Shown here in pieces: positions 59,641 through 64,000 of a stretch of 64,000 bases of DNA. Position numbers and translations under genes: made by a program. Under the pieces are notes generated by a model. The model worked only from the letters and a program-made list of their open reading frames with translations, searched no databases and had not been told where the DNA came from. The stretch comes from a virus (Duplodnaviria > Caudoviricetes), in the IMG/VR virus record IMGVR_UViG_2974513674_000001, positions 48,226-112,225 of that record; one strand, written 5' to 3'. Positions within the stretch are counted from its first letter, which is position 1, and the number at the start of each line of letters is the position of its first letter.

Positions 59641-59962
59641 AGATGGCAACCCAGTAGACCCGGAAGAAGGGATCAAGCAGTTGGCCGACGTGGTGATCGA
59701 GTGGCACGCCAGCAGGCATCGCCAGATCGACGAGATTCTCGCCAGCGAGAGCAAGAAGGGGATCAAGGTCACGAACACCGACGACGATTCCGAAATCATC
59801 ATCGAAGGCGACAAGCTCGCAGGCTTCAGAGCCGGGTTGCACGTCGCTAAGATGATTCTGGGCAAGCTACCGTTCTCTCTGGAAGACCCCTGCGACGACG
59901 CGGATGAAGACGAGCCAGAACCTGAGCCGATTCGGCCCGCAGACTTCGGCCACTTCTCGTAA
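59630..59962 (+). CDS. hypothetical protein, C-terminal tag RPADFGHFS
   Basis: last gene before terminator at 59972-60012. Confidence 0.65.
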   Translation: MTDEDGNPVDPEEGIKQLADVVIEWHASRHRQIDEILASESKKGIKVTNTDDDSEIIIEGDKLAGFRAGLHVAKMILGKLPFSLEDPCDDADEDEPEPEPIRPADFGHFS

Positions 59963-60078
59963 CCTGCAAGCGAAAACCACGACCGCTATCACCAGGGTCG
60001 TGGTTTTTCTTTGCCCAATGTTGACTTATCTAGTAAACGCTTGCAAAATAGCAGTACACACAAAGAGATTTTTAGATC

Positions 60079-60678
60079 ATGAAACATAACCTGCAATTTG
60101 GCGAAGTTACACTGCCCTGTCGCGAGGTAGTCGTCGAAGAGCAGACGTACCTCGTACCGCGCGGCATCGCCCGCAATCATCGGAACAAGTCCTGGCAGGT
60201 CAAGATCGCAAGGGCCGGAGTTCTGGTGCTCTCGGGCAATCACGCTGACAGCCTCTATGGCGGTACAGAGGGCGCCCTGAAGACGGCAATCGACCAGGTT
60301 GTCGCTGCCACTGAAGTGAAGCCGTCGCGCACGCTGAAGATCAGCAACCGTGTCAGCCTGGTGTGGGCGTACAGCGGCCGCAACGTGCTGAGCATGAACG
60401 CGCTCGTCTACAGCCCGCACCGCAAGCGCAGCGCGACCATCTACCTGATCAGCTACACCAAGCTGACGGCAGAGAAAGTGGGCGATCTGAAGAAGAAGCT
60501 GGTGAAGGCTCTGCTGCGCGAGTGGCAAGAAGAGAACCTTGATCAAGCGGTTCCAGTGTCGGTCATGGTCCGAATGGATCGTGAAGCCGTCAAGATCATG
60601 GCTGGAAAGTCGTGGGAAGACTTCGTGAAGATGGGTGCCGGCATGGCTGACACCCAGGAGGTTGACTCAGAGGTCTGA
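60079..60678 (+). CDS. hypothetical protein (possible AP2-like DNA-binding domain)
   Basis: sigma70-like TTGACT-17-CAAAAT at 60021-60049; SWQVKI...YGG.E.AL..A. Confidence 0.6.
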   Translation: MKHNLQFGEVTLPCREVVVEEQTYLVPRGIARNHRNKSWQVKIARAGVLVLSGNHADSLYGGTEGALKTAIDQVVAATEVKPSRTLKISNRVSLVWAYSGRNVLSMNALVYSPHRKRSATIYLISYTKLTAEKVGDLKKKLVKALLREWQEENLDQAVPVSVMVRMDREAVKIMAGKSWEDFVKMGAGMADTQEVDSEV

Positions 60679-60891
60679 CAGCTCGACCAGGTAGCCGTCT
60701 GCTTCTTGGGCTACGATTCCGAACTCGTCATGCAAATACGCCGCTTTGAGCGCCGGATCACTGAAGATCACAGGCGTTCCAGCGGCGTTGTCGTTCTGGA
60801 GAGTTTCGATTTGGGACATCAAGTCCGCGGAGGTGAGACTGAAATCCACCAGGCGGTGTCCGCGGTCAGACTGAGTGACGAGATAGAACAT
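60667..60891 (-). CDS. hypothetical protein
   Basis: GAGGG RBS; downstream of glutaredoxin. Confidence 0.5.
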   Translation of the reverse strand: MFYLVTQSDRGHRLVDFSLTSADLMSQIETLQNDNAAGTPVIFSDPALKAAYLHDEFGIVAQEADGYLVELSDL

Positions 60892-60930
60892 GATGGTGCC
60901 CTCAAGTGGTACACCATCATGCTACGCCGA

Positions 60931-61191
60931 TTAGGCGATCTTGCGAAGGGTGTCCAGCTTGCCGGCGCGGAAGGCTTGCAGGTCGGTGAAGCCGCCAATG
61001 TGGTGAACACCTTCGCCGTTCTCGATCAGGATCTGCGGAAGGGTGCGCACCGGACCGACGCGACCGATCAGTTCTTCCTTGGTGAACTCCGTGATTTCAG
61101 TGAACTGCAAGCCGTCGCGCTTGAACAGTTCCTTCGCGGCTACGCAGTGTGGGCAGTTCGGCATGGTGTAGATGGTGTAGTGGTTCATCAT
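60931..61191 (-). CDS. glutaredoxin / NrdH-like redoxin
   Basis: CPHC, TLPQI, IGGF. Confidence 0.9.
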   Translation of the reverse strand: MMNHYTIYTMPNCPHCVAAKELFKRDGLQFTEITEFTKEELIGRVGPVRTLPQILIENGEGVHHIGGFTDLQAFRAGKLDTLRKIA

Positions 61192-61281
61192 TGTCGCGGT
61201 CCTATGGTCTGAGGGGTCAATAAGCGCTTATGATAATGCGTACATCACGGGCAGTCAGCCCAAATCAGCGGGGAATGTAGA

Positions 61282-61809
61282 ATGACCACACTTGCATTTG
61301 ACGGGCGTTACCTGGCGGCAGATGGCCGCATGACTCGATCCGAGATTGTTGTGTCCGCGACCACCAAGAAGCTGCACCTGATCGAAGCCGTGATCCGCGG
61401 TGAGGTTCAAGAGGTGATGGTCTTCGGCGCTGGGAGCTGGAACGGCATCTTCGCCATCATGGAATGGATGAAGGTGAACGACGTGTTCGACATCGACCCG
61501 GACCTCGGCCGACCCCACTTCCCTGAAGACGGCGAATGCGGCCAAAGTCGTCAAGACGTGTCGTTCATCACGAAAGCCGGCGAGCTGTTCGCCCTGGACC
61601 CACAATCGCGGCCGGCGCCGTATGAAGCCCCGTATGCAGACGGCAGCGGATTCCCCTTTGCTCAGATGGGGCTCGAACTGGGTATGTCCGCGGTCGACGC
61701 CGTCAAAGCTGCCATCAAGATGGACGTGCATAGCGGCGGGGAGATTACTTGCTTCGACGTGAAGTCCTGGCGCTGGGTCGACCCTGAGACTCTCAAGCCC
61801 CTCAAGTGA
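61282..61809 (+). CDS. Ntn-hydrolase (HslV / proteasome-beta-like)
   Basis: N-terminal MTTLA..., AADG, K, GSG, D.HSGG. Confidence 0.72.
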   Translation: MTTLAFDGRYLAADGRMTRSEIVVSATTKKLHLIEAVIRGEVQEVMVFGAGSWNGIFAIMEWMKVNDVFDIDPDLGRPHFPEDGECGQSRQDVSFITKAGELFALDPQSRPAPYEAPYADGSGFPFAQMGLELGMSAVDAVKAAIKMDVHSGGEITCFDVKSWRWVDPETLKPLK

Positions 61810-61960
61810 TCTGGGAAGCTGCATTAGAGCGCGCTAGTAGCGCGCTTTTTTGTGAGTGCGACACTGACGCACAGAGCACGCGAAAACGTCTCAGAACGCA
61901 CGGGAGAGCGTCTGCCAGCGACAGATTGTCGAGCTGATCAGACGCAGAACGCACAGACGC

Positions 61961-61999
61961 AAAAAAGCCCCCGAGATAGCTAATCAAGGGGGCTTTTCA
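61961..61999. terminator. bidirectional terminator
   Basis: AAAAAAGCCCC...GGGGCTTTT between convergent units. Confidence 0.7.
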
Positions 62000-62211
62000 T
62001 TGTCTGCTTGAGGTCGTTTCTCTCAGACGGCGAGATTTAGGAGATCACAGATTTGCGTGTCGGGCCAAGGAACGGGAAACCCAACACCCTGGAAGGCTCT
62101 GCGAATTTTCGTAGTGACCCTCACGACCCGCCGAGGATAGTCACCGCTACTTCATCTACCTTTCCAGGCCATGCTTACAGTACAACACCAGCACATCGCC
62201 TCAGCGAATTT

Positions 62212-62290
62212 TGGTCGGGCCAGGAGGACTCGAACCTCCACCATCACCGGCATCGAGCGCCGGCCGCTTTCCCACTTTGCGTACAGCCCG
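62212..62290 (-). tRNA. atypical tRNA (nominal anticodon TCG, Arg)
   Basis: 7-bp acceptor stem plus ACCA, T-arm GGAGG-TTCGAGT-CCTCC, anticodon stem CCGGC/GCCGG with non-canonical loop GCTCGAT. Confidence 0.7.
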
Positions 62291-62293
62291 AAA

Positions 62294-62403
62294 TCTTCAT
62301 TGATGAACCTGCTGACCTGCGGAGTACCTTACCGCCTGGTGTCTTTCGCTAACTATCCGGAGTCGCGCAGAGGCATGACGGACAGCAGGTTCACCAATGA
62401 AGA
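62294..62403 (-). ncRNA. candidate structured RNA
   Basis: 21-bp terminal stem whose single mismatch is a G-U pair on the minus strand; abuts the tRNA 5' end. Confidence 0.45.
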
Positions 62404-62439
62404 CTTTGAAGGCCCCTCAACAGAAGGGCCTTCGGCACA

Positions 62440-62616
62440 TCACTTGCTGGACTTCAGCGAGCTTACACCGGCGCGGTACGACTCCGCCAGTTCACGGTTC
62501 AACTTCTCCTGGGCGTAGTTGCCCTCGTCGTTGTTGATCGCCGCGTTGTGTTCACAGATGCCGGCGTGGCGCTCCAGCAGTTCGATTGCGTTGGCCAGGG
62601 CCTTTTTCTTGGTCAT
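62440..62616 (-). CDS. hypothetical protein
   Basis: MTKKKALANAIELL...; followed by hairpin at 62405-62432. Confidence 0.55.
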   Translation of the reverse strand: MTKKKALANAIELLERHAGICEHNAAINNDEGNYAQEKLNRELAESYRAGVSSLKSSK

Positions 62617-62870
62617 GGTGCTGTCTCTTGTTGCGGTTGATGAAGGCTTAGGTCTGAACCATCGCACCGGCCGACGTTTCGTCGTCAGCATACGGGGATC
62701 AACTGTGGCCACAGTCCGCGTCTTTACGTTTAGACGACGGCGCCTATGGTTCAGACCTAAATCTTCAAAAGTGGGAGTTCTGCCACCACAGAACTCCCTT
62801 TCTGCATTCTCTATGCCCTTCTGGGCCAGCGCTCCCGTTTAACGGACGGTTGCTGTGTTGTCAGAAGGGC

Positions 62871-63044
62871 CTACTGCTTTGCGGTGGCTTTTTTCAGCAT
62901 TGGCCAAACCAATGCGACGAGGACCAGAGCCAGGAAGCCATCGACACACATGCTGATGATCCGGGATACGGAGTCAAGCAGCACGATGCCGAACACTACC
63001 AGGATGATCATGACCGCCCGGAGACGGTCGATGATCCAGGCCAT
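62871..63044 (-). CDS. 57-aa membrane protein coupled to TerB (not in ORF track)
   Basis: TGATG overlap; MAWIIDRLRAVMIILVVFGIVLLDSVSRII... Confidence 0.6.
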   Translation of the reverse strand: MAWIIDRLRAVMIILVVFGIVLLDSVSRIISMCVDGFLALVLVALVWPMLKKATAKQ

Positions 63045-63487
63045 CAGTCTTCAAAGTCCTTCAGGTTGACACCCATCCACTTGGCGCAACGCTCAAGAGC
63101 AGCGCGCTCGGCTTCGTCGATGCCGCCTTCGTCGGCGATGGTCAGCAGGATGTTCATGACGGTCTTCGCCGCTTCCGGGTCGTGTTGCAGATCGGACAGC
63201 TCTTTCTCGGCGCGCTGACGCAGCAGACGAGGCGAGTCGTTGTACAGAGCTTCGGCAGTGTCCATCGAGTTGGACAGTTCAGCGCCGAAGCCTTTCAGCA
63301 GCGACTGGTTGGCGATGATCTTTTCCAGCTTCTTGATTTCGCTGTCGCCCAGCGAACCGTCAGAGCCTGCAACGTAGAACGCGCCGTAGACGGTGCCTTC
63401 CATCAAGTCGCGGTTCATGTTCTTCGCCATCGCGGCGGTGGTTTCGGCGGAGGCTTTGCGGAAGCGTTTGGTGAGCAAGCTGAGCAT
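63044..63487 (-). CDS. terB: TerB-family (tellurite-resistance-like) protein
   Basis: VAGSDG.L...E, IADEGGIDEAE...L. Confidence 0.75.
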   Translation of the reverse strand: MLSLLTKRFRKASAETTAAMAKNMNRDLMEGTVYGAFYVAGSDGSLGDSEIKKLEKIIANQSLLKGFGAELSNSMDTAEALYNDSPRLLRQRAEKELSDLQHDPEAAKTVMNILLTIADEGGIDEAERAALERCAKWMGVNLKDFED

Positions 63488-63514
63488 CTGGTGAATCCTT
63501 TTTCAGAGTTGGGT

Positions 63515-64000
63515 TTAAGAGCGGTCGATCCAGGATTGAATCGTACTGCGGTCTTTCTCCAGGGCCAGGTTGTAGACCCGGACACCTGCTTGTGCTGCCT
63601 TTCGCAAGTACCGTTCAACATGATCGCCGGGTTGTGACCAGCAGATCAGCATCTTGGCAACGCTGGTACGGTCGGAACCGTAGATCAGCGAGTTTGCTAC
63701 CACTTCCCACTGCTTCTCAGACTTGGACAGCATGAGAAACTTCGGGTCGAGCGTTCTGGCGAATGTAGCGTCACCACTTCCCGGGTCGATGTCTGAAGGG
63801 ATTCCCCAGACACTTGCCGAATAAGGGGTGGCACTTGGATCATCGAGAGATTCGTCGATCAGCCCGTGTGGGATGAAAGTGAAGAACCGACCCTTTGAGC
63901 CTCTGACGAAGGTTTCGTCAGCATCACCTCTTTCGCTACAACGAAGCGTAATACCCTTGTCGGCCATCACACCTGCAATCTTGAACATGACTTCGAGCAC
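63515..64000 (-). CDS. DprA/SLOG-like Rossmann-fold protein (5' partial)
   Basis: GITLR.....DADETF, MLICWS, A...GV.VYNL. Confidence 0.5.
   Translation of the reverse strand: MLEVMFKIAGVMADKGITLRCSERGDADETFVRGSKGRFFTFIPHGLIDESLDDPSATPYSASVWGIPSDIDPGSGDATFARTLDPKFLMLSKSEKQWEVVANSLIYGSDRTSVAKMLICWSQPGDHVERYLRKAAQAGVRVYNLALEKDRSTIQSWIDRS

Overview
A 64-kb segment of a large, GC-rich dsDNA bacteriophage or phage-plasmid genome, almost all on the + strand. No structural, terminase or helicase/primase genes were recognised in this window. From 0 to 30 kb there is a replication, recombination and nucleotide-metabolism module: ATP-dependent ligase, CobT-like vWA plus CobS/MoxR AAA+, DnaE with a C-terminal UDG-like domain, gp32-like SSB, 5'-3' exonuclease, RecA, SbcD/SbcC, HNH, RuvC-like resolvase, NrdA/NrdB, ThyA, DHFR-like, NUDIX-like and a P-loop kinase. 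The gene order resembles SSU5/pHCM2-like elements and Nickie-like Pseudomonas siphoviruses; this is inference from recall and was not searched. From 30 to 62 kb there are about 80 small accessory genes and a repeat-rich non-coding region, followed by an atypical tRNA and TerB. The most striking signal is a sequence 'grammar' built on the CC/GG dinucleotide. (i) A 1.14-kb island (55713-56849) has no CC or GG on either strand and holds a complete sigma70 transcription unit for a 184-aa protein with no Gly, Pro or Trp. (ii) More than 20 intergenic promoters lack a -35 box and instead read CC-N8-CC-N13-(-10 hexamer), followed by CC/GG-free DNA. (iii) CC/GG-free patches of 70-150 bp recur every 10-12 kb, even inside essential genes. 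Together these suggest a DNA modification at CC/GG that is read as a transcription code, with unmodified landing pads for host enzymes; this is a hypothesis. A second independent signal is a C-terminal peptide tag (Phi-G-x-W/F-A/S/G-COOH) shared by at least 12 unrelated proteins.
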